Source: an uncultured Dehalococcoidia bacterium (GTDB lineage: Bacteria; Chloroflexota; Dehalococcoidia; Lucifugimonadales; UBA3495). From it: a stretch of 64,000 bases of DNA. The notes beneath the pieces were generated by a model. The model worked only from the letters and a program-made list of their open reading frames with translations. It did no database searches and had not been told where the DNA came from. Position numbers and translations under genes: made by a program. Position 1 is the stretch's first letter. Each line of letters starts with the position of its first letter. The stretch spans positions 18,417-82,416 of the forward strand of contig CATOSP010000003.1 of the NCBI GenBank assembly GCA_951812625.1. Reading direction: 5' to 3'. Below are positions 18,639-27,424 of this stretch, one piece after another.

Positions 18639-19247
18639 CTATTCCTCACTTGCCGGGTCAGTCGGTTTACAAATATCGGCGAAACAACCCAAGGCAAGGA
18701 AAACGAACCCGAAAAGGAAAGCCATCGTTGCAGCGCTAAGAGTCCAACGAGATAGGTCGAAATCTCCTTGTATATCCGAGCTCAAGCGTATCCCGAGAGC
18801 GACATCAATCGATCCCACGATACATGCTGTCAAGAGTGTGGCGCAGAACCCCAAGTGGAACGCTGAAAGAAAGTAGGATATTGTCCCCGTTTTCCTCCAA
18901 TATCTGGATTTAGATTCCGCATCTTTAGTCGGTCGTCGGCTAACATCCCGCAATAAGACCACAGTGTAATAGACGCCGGCGGACGCGCCGAGCCCCAATG
19001 TTATGATGACCTCAATATTCTGTACTAGGATCGGGTCGACTAAACCCATGGAAATTGTGGGCAAAATAGCAAGCACGGATAGCGCGAACACCACGCACAG
19101 CGGCGTTCGCATATCCCGTCGATCATCCGGTGATAATATTTGATTGTAGCGTAGAACCCCTCTCCACGCTGGTTGTATCAAGATAAAAGTGATGGCCAAC
19201 AGCGCTATTGAGATGACCACAATGTTCGTCGAGATGCCCTGCAGCAT
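18639..19247 (-). CDS. Hypothetical multi-pass membrane protein
   Basis: About five hydrophobic segments, lower GC. Confidence 0.55.
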   Translation of the reverse strand: MLQGISTNIVVISIALLAITFILIQPAWRGVLRYNQILSPDDRRDMRTPLCVVFALSVLAILPTISMGLVDPILVQNIEVIITLGLGASAGVYYTVVLLRDVSRRPTKDAESKSRYWRKTGTISYFLSAFHLGFCATLLTACIVGSIDVALGIRLSSDIQGDFDLSRWTLSAATMAFLFGFVFLALGCFADICKPTDPASEE

Positions 19248-19402
19248 AAGGTCTACCGCCTCTCCGAGTCTTATGGTTAGATATTAGCGTTTCAGGGCAC
19301 ATTATTCTCGGCCCGTCTGTCAGCACTCTACCCTACCCCCACATCCCCCACCCAGGTACCAAACCACCAGGTACAAACCCACCCCCCACTGACACGCGCC
19401 CA

Positions 19403-19432
19403 TTGACGGCCACCGCAACCAACCTCTAGCAT
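19403..19432 (+). promoter_or_regulatory. Putative sigma70 promoter of the packaging operon
   Basis: TTGACG (19403-08), 18-bp spacer, TAGCAT (19427-32). Confidence 0.45.
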
Positions 19433-19440
19433 GGTATTGC

Positions 19441-19484
19441 AGGGACGGACCCGGCTGATAAGTCGGCCCGTCCCTTTATTTTTT
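19441..19484 (+). terminator. Promoter-proximal intrinsic terminator/attenuator
   Basis: agggacgg-acccggct-gata-agtcgg-cccgtccct followed by ttatttttt. Confidence 0.7.
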
Positions 19485-19500
19485 GCCGAGGTGATCGCCA

Positions 19501-19671
19501 GTGCGCTGTAGACGCTGCTACTCCTCAAGCTTGCTCGTCCTCAACCGGAAGCACCCCGGGGACAACCACGTCGTCCGCTGCCGCGACTGCGGTTTCCTCT
19601 TCAGTCCCCCGGTGCCGGACAGCCACCCCGAAAACCCCGGCTCCGGCGCGGCCACGCCCGGACAGGCATAG
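19501..19671 (+). CDS. Small zinc-ribbon protein (56 aa, CxxC...CxxC), not in the ORF track
   Basis: GTG start after the GAGGTGA RBS: MRCRRCYSSSLLVLNRKHPGDNHVVRCRDCGFLFSPP...; stop 6 nt before the terminase start. Confidence 0.7.
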   Translation: MRCRRCYSSSLLVLNRKHPGDNHVVRCRDCGFLFSPPVPDSHPENPGSGAATPGQA

Positions 19672-19677
19672 GCCCGG

Positions 19678-21270
19678 TTGGCCCATGTATCGACCAACGG
19701 CAACCCGAACAACAAAACCCGGAACAACAAAACCCGGAACAACAAAACCCAGAGCAATAAAACCCAGAGCAATAAAACCCAGAGCAATAAAACCCCGGCC
19801 AATAAAACTCCGGCCAACAAAACCCCGGCCAACGGGACCCCGACCGGTCGGACCCCGGCCAGCCAAAAGCTGTTGCCCGTCGACTTCGCCAGGGAGGTGC
19901 TGGGAGTGACACTCTGGAGCAAGCAGGAAGAGGTGCTCAACGCCCTGCCCCACAACCGCCGCGTCGCCGTCAAGTCCGCCAACGGCATGGGCAAGGGCTT
20001 CTGCGCCGCCGTGGCCGTCCTATGGTTCCTCTACTACCACGAACAGGCCATCGTCCTCACCACCGCACCCACCTTCCGCCAGGTCCGCCACATCCTCTGG
20101 CGGCAGATCCGCCAGCTTCACAGCCAGGCCCGGCTCCCCGACCTGCTCGGCGGCGACATGTTCATCGCCCGCTGGGAGCTTTCCGGCGACCGCTACGCCA
20201 TCGGCCTCTCCGCCGGCAGCGCCGACCAGTTCCAGGGCTTCCACAGCGAGAACATGCTCATCGTCGTCGACGAGGCCGAGGGAGTCAGCGAGGAGATATA
20301 CGAGGCCATCGAGTCCGTCATGACCTCCGCCTCACCCCGCCTCCTCCTCATCGGCAACCCCACCACCATGACTGGCGCATTCCGCCGCGCCTTCGAGCGG
20401 GAACGCCGCCTCTACCACACCGTCACCATCTCCGCCCTGGAAAGCCCCAACATCTCTGAGGACACTGCTGCATACCTGCGGCCCGGCACGGGAGCGGCGG
20501 ATAGGACCCGTCCCCCGATTGAGGACAGGATAGTCATCCCCGGCCTGACCACCGGGGAATGGGTCGAGGAACGGCGGGAAATCTGGGGCGAGGACAGCTC
20601 CATCTACCGCTCCAGGGTCCTGGCCCAGTTCCCCGAGCAGGGCGACGATACCCTCATAAGGCTGTCCGACATCGAGGCCGCAGCCGTCGAGACCGAGAAC
20701 ACCATTGACCTCCCCGATCCTGCCACCGGCAAACTCCCCGGCGACGTGGTGCTGGCCGTGGACGTGGCCCGCTTCGGCTTCGACCGCAGCGTCATACTCC
20801 GCCGCCGGGGAGACCGGGTCGAGGACATTCAGACCCTCTCCGGCATGGACACCATGCAGGTCGCCGGACGGGTGATCGAAGCCATCCGGGAGTCCTCCCC
20901 CGACAGTGTGGTGATCGACGAGGTCGGTATCGGCGCGGGCGTCGTCGACCGCCTCCGCGAGCAGGGCTACACGGTCCGCGGCATCAACGTCGGGCGCAGG
21001 GCGCACCGGGACGACCGGTTCGTCAATCGCCGCGCCGAGGGCTACTGGCGTCTCCGCAGGTTGTTCGAGTCCCGGAGCATCCTGATTCCCCCGGACAACC
21101 GGCTCATGGGAGAGCTGTCCGGCCTCCGCTTCGACTATGACAGCCAGGGCCGGTTGAAAATGGAAAGCAAGGAGTCCATGCGCGCCCGCAACCTCCCGTC
21201 CCCCGACAGTGCCGACGCCCTGATGCTAGCCTTCCTCGACCCGCCCAACCGGGTCAAACTGTGGACGTGA
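19678..21270 (+). CDS. terL: Phage terminase large subunit
   Basis: Walker A VAVKSANGMGKG, Walker B LIVVDEA, motif III IGNP, nuclease LAVDVARFGFDRS, VIDEVGIGAGVVDRL and SPDSADALML. Confidence 0.9.
   Translation: MAHVSTNGNPNNKTRNNKTRNNKTQSNKTQSNKTQSNKTPANKTPANKTPANGTPTGRTPASQKLLPVDFAREVLGVTLWSKQEEVLNALPHNRRVAVKSANGMGKGFCAAVAVLWFLYYHEQAIVLTTAPTFRQVRHILWRQIRQLHSQARLPDLLGGDMFIARWELSGDRYAIGLSAGSADQFQGFHSENMLIVVDEAEGVSEEIYEAIESVMTSASPRLLLIGNPTTMTGAFRRAFERERRLYHTVTISALESPNISEDTAAYLRPGTGAADRTRPPIEDRIVIPGLTTGEWVEERREIWGEDSSIYRSRVLAQFPEQGDDTLIRLSDIEAAAVETENTIDLPDPATGKLPGDVVLAVDVARFGFDRSVILRRRGDRVEDIQTLSGMDTMQVAGRVIEAIRESSPDSVVIDEVGIGAGVVDRLREQGYTVRGINVGRRAHRDDRFVNRRAEGYWRLRRLFESRSILIPPDNRLMGELSGLRFDYDSQGRLKMESKESMRARNLPSPDSADALMLAFLDPPNRVKLWT
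19708..19860 (+). repeat. 15-bp tandem repeat (about 10 units) encoding xNKTx pentapeptides at the terminase N-terminus
   Basis: aacaacaaaacccgg x2, aacaacaaaacccag, agcaataaaacccag x2, then gccaa(t/c)aaaac(t/c)ccg variants. Confidence 0.9.
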
Positions 21271-21292
21271 GGCCCGAATACCGGATGAGCGG

Positions 21293-21367
21293 AATGTCCG
21301 GTCAGTCGGCCACGGACTACCATACTTGTCCGCATATGTCCGCAAAAACCGAAAAATCTCCCCCTTT
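21293..21367 (+). repeat. Dispersed repeat R, copy 1
   Basis: 33-bp core aatgtccggtcagtcggccacggactaccatac plus tail atgtccgcaaaaaccgaaaaatctccccc. Confidence 0.9.
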
Positions 21368-21475
21368 CGCAAGAGAGGGATCAGGGGCATTTTCGTCTAC
21401 CCCAGGGAAGAAACGTCAAAGGAGCAGCACCCGCCCAACAAGGTCAAACCGTGGACGTAAGGCCACAGGGCGGAA

Positions 21476-22132
21476 TCAGGTTGTCGTTAGGTTTCTGACC
21501 ACGATCACACGGGCCAGGATGTCAAATGCGTGGCGTCTATCCTCACGGATTATGACCATAATTCCCATCGGTATCACAACACAGCACATGGCAAGCCAAT
21601 GGATCATCCAGAAGGTTAGTGTGGCTGTCAGCATCACCAGCTCGAATGAGTCCAACGGCTCCAACCTGAACGTGAGCGCCACCAGGGACACGAGTGGGTC
21701 CAATATCCCTGAGATGAATGGGTCCAGTAGGTCCCCGGCTCCCATCGACAGGATAATCCACAAGATGCTCATCAGGACAAAGAGGCCCCACGGTGCAATG
21801 TCATACAACGAGCGGACTGCTGCCTGCCGGAGAGTGACCCTGCCTCCTGTACGTAAATCTCGGACCCGCCCGCCAAATACCAGGTGACCGAGGTGACCTC
21901 CCCAGGCTCGGTAACTCAAGACGTGGTACGAAAAATAGACCAATGCCAGCACTTCTCCCGAGAGAAAAGGGAGAGGCATTGAGGGGAGCGCAAACGGTGG
22001 CATACCGCCAAGGACCAGCCACGGGAGGTTGTCTAGAAGGCGCGCAAGGAGCCTCCTGCGTCGGTCCAGGGGCGCAGAATTGTCAGGGGTTACGTCTGAT
22101 GCACTGGACTCTTGAATGGTGCTGGCCCTCAT
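21476..22132 (-). CDS. RDD family membrane protein inserted between terminase and portal
   Basis: RRLLARLLD, GHLGHLVFGGRVRD, RQAAVR, RRHAFDILARVIVV. Confidence 0.75.
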   Translation of the reverse strand: MRASTIQESSASDVTPDNSAPLDRRRRLLARLLDNLPWLVLGGMPPFALPSMPLPFLSGEVLALVYFSYHVLSYRAWGGHLGHLVFGGRVRDLRTGGRVTLRQAAVRSLYDIAPWGLFVLMSILWIILSMGAGDLLDPFISGILDPLVSLVALTFRLEPLDSFELVMLTATLTFWMIHWLAMCCVVIPMGIMVIIREDRRHAFDILARVIVVRNLTTT

Positions 22133-22281
22133 TGGACAGGATGGGCATTGCCAAACAGGCTCTTTCGCCAGTGAAGCATTCAGGGGCACAACCGCGCCCC
22201 GCTTCTTGGAAGGGGCTGCCTTGGGTAGGAGACCTGTCTGGACCGGAAATCCAATCGCCACCATACTCTACAAGCAAACGA

Positions 22282-22356
22282 AATGTCCGGTCAGTCGGCC
22301 ACGGACTACCATACATGACCGGAAATGTCCGCAAAAACCAAAAAATCCCCCCTTTT
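22282..22356 (+). repeat. Dispersed repeat R, copy 2 (direct orientation with copy 1)
   Basis: Identical 33-bp core and similar tail. Confidence 0.9.
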
Positions 22357-22583
22357 CTCAAGGGGAAGACCAAGCGGGGATGTATCTTCATACCGGCAGG
22401 TCAACGAAGACCCGGGGTAGTTTTGTACAGCCTGTCCAAGCGGCAACCGGCAGCGGGCAGTACATACCCACCATCCACATATACCGTTCATATATACCAC
22501 ACAAACGATACATATATACCGCCCATATCGACCATCCAGAGATACCCCTACACATATACCCCATATATCAGTGAGGAAATACC

Positions 22584-23918
22584 ATGACAACCTCTACAGT
22601 CGGACCTACCCCCGGTAACTTGCAGGTTCCCTCATACCTCCGCCGCCTCCGCCACGGCGTCACCCGCAGCCTCCGGGCAACCTTCGGCTCCGTGTTCCGC
22701 TCCCTGCCCGTCCCGGCGGCACGCCGCAAGGCCAACCGCGCCGCCTCCCGCGACGTGGACTGGCTCGACGGCTACACCGGCGCCGGTTCCGGCTGGGCGC
22801 CCACCGGCTACGGCAGCTACTACGCCGGTTCCGCCCCCGTCTACTCCGCCATCAGGCTCCGCGCCGACGCCCTCACCCGCGCCCCGGTGGTCGTCCACCG
22901 CATGACCGGCGAGGGACCGGGCCTCTCCGTCGGTCCGTCCCACCCCGTCCAGCGCCTCCTCGACCGGGTCAACCCCTGGTACACCCGCGGCGACCTCTGG
23001 CGCGCCACCGAAATCTACCTCGACCTCTGGGGCGCGGCCTTCTGGGCCCTGGAGCGCGGCCAGGACGGCGAGTGGGAAATCTGGGCATTGCGCCCCGACC
23101 GCGTCAGCGTCGTCCCCGACCGGCAACGCTACATCCGTGGCTTCGTCTACCAGGGACGCACCGGCCCGGTGGCCTACACCCCCGACGAGATGGTCTGGCT
23201 CCGCTACTTCAACCCCCTGGACGAGTACGCCGGGCTCTCCCCCATCGCTCCCGCCCGCATGTCCGTGGACATGGGCCGCGACGGGCTGCGATTCAACCGC
23301 AACTTCCTCCGCAACTCCGCCCGCCCCGACTTCCTCTTCCTCACCAACGAGAGCATGAACGACGTGGAGGTCGAGGAGTTCTACAACCGCTGGGAGGCCC
23401 GTCACCGGGGCGTCGCCAACCCCAACCGCCCCGCCATCGCCAGCTTCATCCGCGACGTCAAGACCCTGGGCTTCAGCCACCGCGACATGGACTTCATCCA
23501 GGGTCTCCGCTGGAGCCTCGAGGACGTCAGCCGCGTCTTCGGCGTCCCCAAGCCCCTGCTCTCAGACCTGGAGCGCGCCACCTTCGCCAACATCAACGCC
23601 GCCGAGCGCATCTTCTGGCGCAACACCATGCTCCCCCAGGTCGGCTTCCTGGAAGAGCAGATCAACCGGATGCTCCTCCCCCGTCTCGGCTACCCCAACC
23701 TCGCCATCAAATTCGACCTCAGCAACATCGAGGCCCTGCGCGAGGACGAAAACAGCCGCGTAACCCGCGAGACCCAGCTCCTCGACCGTGGCGTCCTCAC
23801 CATCAACGAAGTCCGCCGCTCCCGCAACCTCCCCGAAGTCCCCTGGGGCCACCACTGGGCCGGCGCAACCCGCACGGACTCCCCGACCCCCGAAACCGCC
23901 AGTGATAAAATGGAATAA
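22584..23918 (+). CDS. Phage portal protein, HK97 family
   Basis: YFNPLDEYAGLSPI, DMDFIQGLRWSLEDVSRVFGVP, ATFANINA, GVLTINEVR..NLPEVPWG. Confidence 0.9.
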   Translation: MTTSTVGPTPGNLQVPSYLRRLRHGVTRSLRATFGSVFRSLPVPAARRKANRAASRDVDWLDGYTGAGSGWAPTGYGSYYAGSAPVYSAIRLRADALTRAPVVVHRMTGEGPGLSVGPSHPVQRLLDRVNPWYTRGDLWRATEIYLDLWGAAFWALERGQDGEWEIWALRPDRVSVVPDRQRYIRGFVYQGRTGPVAYTPDEMVWLRYFNPLDEYAGLSPIAPARMSVDMGRDGLRFNRNFLRNSARPDFLFLTNESMNDVEVEEFYNRWEARHRGVANPNRPAIASFIRDVKTLGFSHRDMDFIQGLRWSLEDVSRVFGVPKPLLSDLERATFANINAAERIFWRNTMLPQVGFLEEQINRMLLPRLGYPNLAIKFDLSNIEALREDENSRVTRETQLLDRGVLTINEVRRSRNLPEVPWGHHWAGATRTDSPTPETASDKME

Positions 23919-23941
23919 GCATCGCAACAGGAGAACAAACA

Positions 23942-24205
23942 ATGGACAAGACCAGGAAAATCCGCGACGAAGACTTCCCCACCGAGGTCGCCTTCTGGGA
24001 AGCCAACAAAGAGGAACTGCGCAAGCAATATCTGGGCAAGTACCTCATAATCCGCGGCGAAGAAATACAAGGAGTCCTGGACACAATCGGCGACCTGATG
24101 ATCGCGGAAGAACAGGAACTGGCGGAAAACCCGGCCCTCGTCCGCTACGTCAACGATGGTAAGCCCGAGTTCAGCCCATTCTCGCTAGAGGTAGATCGTG
24201 CCTGA
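23942..24205 (+). CDS. DUF5678-like small protein
   Basis: FWEANKEELRKQYLGKYLIIRGEEIQG; coupled to an aspartyl protease gene. Confidence 0.6.
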   Translation: MDKTRKIRDEDFPTEVAFWEANKEELRKQYLGKYLIIRGEEIQGVLDTIGDLMIAEEQELAENPALVRYVNDGKPEFSPFSLEVDRA

Positions 24206-24614
24206 ATTCACAGGCCAGATCGAGAACGGAGCGAGGGTCAGGGTTAGATTCACAACAACCCGCGTTGGCAGCATCCCAATGACAGGGATGGGTCTCATAG
24301 ACACCGGTGCGACCTATACCCACGTCGACCAGGAAACCGCTGAAATCCATCGGTTCAGACGACTCGACACGGTAACAGTGAACACCGCGAGTCAGAGGGG
24401 TGCAGAAGTGCCAACATACGCCATGGTGGTCGAAATCCTGGACCTGCCTGGGCATAGGGAGCAACTTCGGGTCAGAGGATTTACCGGTCCTGCGCCAAGG
24501 CCGGGACAGCCTCCAACAGAGAGGCTGATAGCCCTGGTAGGCTGTGACATCCTAAACCGCGGCCGCTTCACCTACGACGGAGCAGCCGGCACCTTCACAT
24601 TAGATCTACCGTAA
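24198..24614 (+). CDS. Retropepsin-like aspartyl protease
   Basis: GLIDTGAT active-site motif and ALVGCDIL. Confidence 0.75.
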   Translation: MPEFTGQIENGARVRVRFTTTRVGSIPMTGMGLIDTGATYTHVDQETAEIHRFRRLDTVTVNTASQRGAEVPTYAMVVEILDLPGHREQLRVRGFTGPAPRPGQPPTERLIALVGCDILNRGRFTYDGAAGTFTLDLP

Positions 24615-24826
24615 CCCGTTCCATGTCGGACCGCGGTGAAGGCGAGGGAGAATAAACTTGTCGCGGATAATCATATGGTTGCCCGGTTTGAGATTTATCT
24701 GCACCCACAATCATGGACTTTTGCATCCTCTGCCGTGAAAGCTGTATCCTAAGTCCCTCTCGTAAGTAGAGACTGTTGAGTCCTAGCTTCGATTGCGACC
24801 AAGCCACCAGTTGGCAAGGAACGCGA

Positions 24827-25468
24827 ATGACCACGCAGACCATACCGCCAGAAGCCATAAGCGTTAGCGATTGGCAGCAGCTTTTCACCCATGAGGTGGA
24901 TGCTGGTGACGTGGCGTGGAGGTTCCATCTGCCGGAACCAACCGTCACGGTCCACCCGTCCACGCCTGAAACACCCCCAGAACCCGAACAAAGTCATGAC
25001 CACCCCGACAGCCGGGAAATCAGCAAAACCGTGGGCCGCATTGCAATGTCTGTCCTCATGACGGACTCTGACGAAAGGCTCGACTACTTGCAGACGTTGA
25101 ACCCCAACCTGACCGAAGACCACCTGGACCAGATCGCCCTGACAACAGACCGATGGCTGGATCACCCGGCGAGGGACCGAATGAGAGCCATCGTCCGCCG
25201 CTGCCATGATAGCCAGTCCTACCCAAAGAATATGCTGATCGAGTGGACCACGCCCGAGGAGGTCCAAAGGCTGGTCGACTTGCTCCTGGAAACCTCAATT
25301 CCGGACCCGACCCTCGCTATGTGCTATGCGATGTGCGCAGCCCACGACACGGCTTACGCCGCATTCCGCATCCACGAGAATCGTGCACACCGCCAGGCAG
25401 ACTTCTCCAACATTGAGCAGACCCCGGAAGAAATCGCAGGTGACCTGCGCTTCGTCAACGCCGAATAG
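24827..25468 (+). CDS. Hypothetical protein upstream of a double-PemK gene
   Basis: AAGGA RBS; 12-nt gap to the next gene. Confidence 0.55.
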   Translation: MTTQTIPPEAISVSDWQQLFTHEVDAGDVAWRFHLPEPTVTVHPSTPETPPEPEQSHDHPDSREISKTVGRIAMSVLMTDSDERLDYLQTLNPNLTEDHLDQIALTTDRWLDHPARDRMRAIVRRCHDSQSYPKNMLIEWTTPEEVQRLVDLLLETSIPDPTLAMCYAMCAAHDTAYAAFRIHENRAHRQADFSNIEQTPEEIAGDLRFVNAE

Positions 25469-25480
25469 GAGACGGACCCG

Positions 25481-26170
25481 GTGCCGCCCGCCGTCAGGGG
25501 TAGCGTCTATTGGTATGACTACGGCCCCGTCATAGGCAACGAACTCTCCGGCAGACGGCCCGCGCTGATAATCAGCAACACGGAATTGAACCTCCAACTT
25601 TCTACCGCCATAACCATCCCAATGTCCTCTACCATCCCTTCAGGCAGGCGCCTCCAGAACCATGCGCCCGTAGAAGCAGCAGACTCATGGGCATCTGTTC
25701 GACAGATCAAGGCGGTAGACCAGCGGAGACTGGGGGCCAAAATCGCCGATGCAACACCGCACGAGTTGGAAAGGATTTGGGAAATCCTCGTAGCTCGCCT
25801 GGACAGCAGGAGAAACCGTCCCGGCACTATTCAGACCCCATCAGGCGACGAACAGATCGGCCCTGGCACAATCTGGGAGGTCGAGTTTCACGCTCCTGAT
25901 GGCTCTGTCTTGCCCGCCCAAATGTTGGTGCTGGACTACAACGATGGAAACAAGATGGCCATTGCAGTCGAGGTCGAACACCGCGGGTCGCCGGATTCAC
26001 CGGTCCTAATACCCATCAACATGATCGGCGGGACTCAACCCGCGTCCGCCCTCGTTCACCGGGTAAGGTCAATCGACGTAGAGGCCAGAACCGTGAGCAA
26101 GACCGGAGTGGCAGATGAAGCCAGCCTGGTATCAGTCGGCCAAGCTCTCTTGTCCCTGATAGATCGGTAG
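25481..26170 (+). CDS. PemK/MazF family toxin with a second degenerate PemK domain
   Basis: RGSVYWYDYGPVIGNELSGRRPALIISN...QIKAVDQRRL; second unit PGTIWEVEF...SALVHRVRSID. Confidence 0.75.
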   Translation: MPPAVRGSVYWYDYGPVIGNELSGRRPALIISNTELNLQLSTAITIPMSSTIPSGRRLQNHAPVEAADSWASVRQIKAVDQRRLGAKIADATPHELERIWEILVARLDSRRNRPGTIQTPSGDEQIGPGTIWEVEFHAPDGSVLPAQMLVLDYNDGNKMAIAVEVEHRGSPDSPVLIPINMIGGTQPASALVHRVRSIDVEARTVSKTGVADEASLVSVGQALLSLIDR

Positions 26171-26236
26171 AATCCAACTCAAGCCCGGATACAACTACAC
26201 TGCGATCCTCGACAGGTTGAAGCGAGGGATCAAACA

Positions 26237-27424
26237 ATGCCATACAAGACCAGTGACGTGGTGGTTATCGGAGGCGGGGTCATCGGCACCAGCATCGCCA
26301 TGCACCTGGCCCGCATGGGGGCTGGCAGGGTGCTGCTCGTCGAAAAAGGATACCTGGCTTCGGGCACCAGCGGCAGGTCGGGAGCAATGGTCCGGGAGCA
26401 CTACCTCCACCCCGTCCTGGTCAGAATGGCTATGGAGAGCAGCGGTATTTTCCACAACTTCAGAGAGGCGGTGGGCGGTGACGCTTGGTTCATCCAGACC
26501 GGTAGGCTGCTACTGTTCGGGCAGCACGATATGGAGGCTGCACAGGCCAACGTGGCAATGAACCGGGAGTTGGGAGTCAACATCGAGACCCTGGCTCCAT
26601 CCGATATTGCCAACTTGGTCCCGCAACTGTCCACCGAAGGCGTTGCTATAGGGGTGTACGAGCCAACCTCTGGCTATGCCGACCCGCTGGCCACGGCCTA
26701 TGCCTTCGCCGGGCAGGCCGCGAACCTGGGAGCCGAGATTGTGACCGGTTGCGAGGTCACCGGCATCAACGTCTCCGGCGGGCGGGTTGTCGGCGTGGAC
26801 ACTGAGCACGGGACAATCGAGGCTGGCGCAGTGGTGGCTGCAACCGGCGCCTGGTCCACCCGGCTGGCCGCGCCCTTGGGGGAAGCCCTTCCCATCAAGC
26901 CCATACGGGTGCAGATGGTCCACCTCCGGCGTCCCCCGGCCCTGGAGTCGCTGACCACCACCGTGATTGACCGCACAAACGGTGCCTACTTCCGGGCCAA
27001 TGCGGGAGTCAACACCCTGCTGGGCGGTGAAGCTCCGGAAGACCTGACCGAGGTGGTGAACCCCGACGCCTACGGCCTCAATGCCGACCACGACACCATC
27101 ACCCGGTTCTGGGAACGGGCGCGGATGCGCATCCCCGGATTCGCCGCGACCACGCCGTTGGGCGGCTACGGGTCGCTGTACGACATGACGCCGGACGGGA
27201 ACCCGATACTGGACAGGTCGGAAGTCGTCGACGGGTTATACTGGGCGACCGGGTTCAGCGGCCACGGCTTCAAGCTGTCCCCGGTGGTGGGCCGGATGGT
27301 GGCGGAGCTGGTGCTGCGCGGTGAAAGCAGCGGCCATCCAGTCCACGCCTTCCGGGCCAGCCGCTTCCGTGAAGGCGACCTCCTCAAGCCCGACTTCCCC
27401 TACACAGAAGCCAGCCACCCCTAG
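26237..27424 (+). CDS. FAD-dependent oxidoreductase (DAO/sarcosine oxidase beta-like)
   Basis: VIGGGVIG, SGTSGRSGA, MTPDGNPIL, GFSGHGFKLSP. Confidence 0.88.
   Translation: MPYKTSDVVVIGGGVIGTSIAMHLARMGAGRVLLVEKGYLASGTSGRSGAMVREHYLHPVLVRMAMESSGIFHNFREAVGGDAWFIQTGRLLLFGQHDMEAAQANVAMNRELGVNIETLAPSDIANLVPQLSTEGVAIGVYEPTSGYADPLATAYAFAGQAANLGAEIVTGCEVTGINVSGGRVVGVDTEHGTIEAGAVVAATGAWSTRLAAPLGEALPIKPIRVQMVHLRRPPALESLTTTVIDRTNGAYFRANAGVNTLLGGEAPEDLTEVVNPDAYGLNADHDTITRFWERARMRIPGFAATTPLGGYGSLYDMTPDGNPILDRSEVVDGLYWATGFSGHGFKLSPVVGRMVAELVLRGESSGHPVHAFRASRFREGDLLKPDFPYTEASHP

Noticed and set aside
19518-19994. Minus-strand ORFs with GFYCS/LLWVL/GFIAL repeats
   Set aside because: Antisense shadows of the 15-bp repeat in terL; no independent support.
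19678-23918. Complete prophage
   Set aside because: No integrase, capsid, tail, lysis or replication genes are recognisable; flanks are host genes and TA cassettes.
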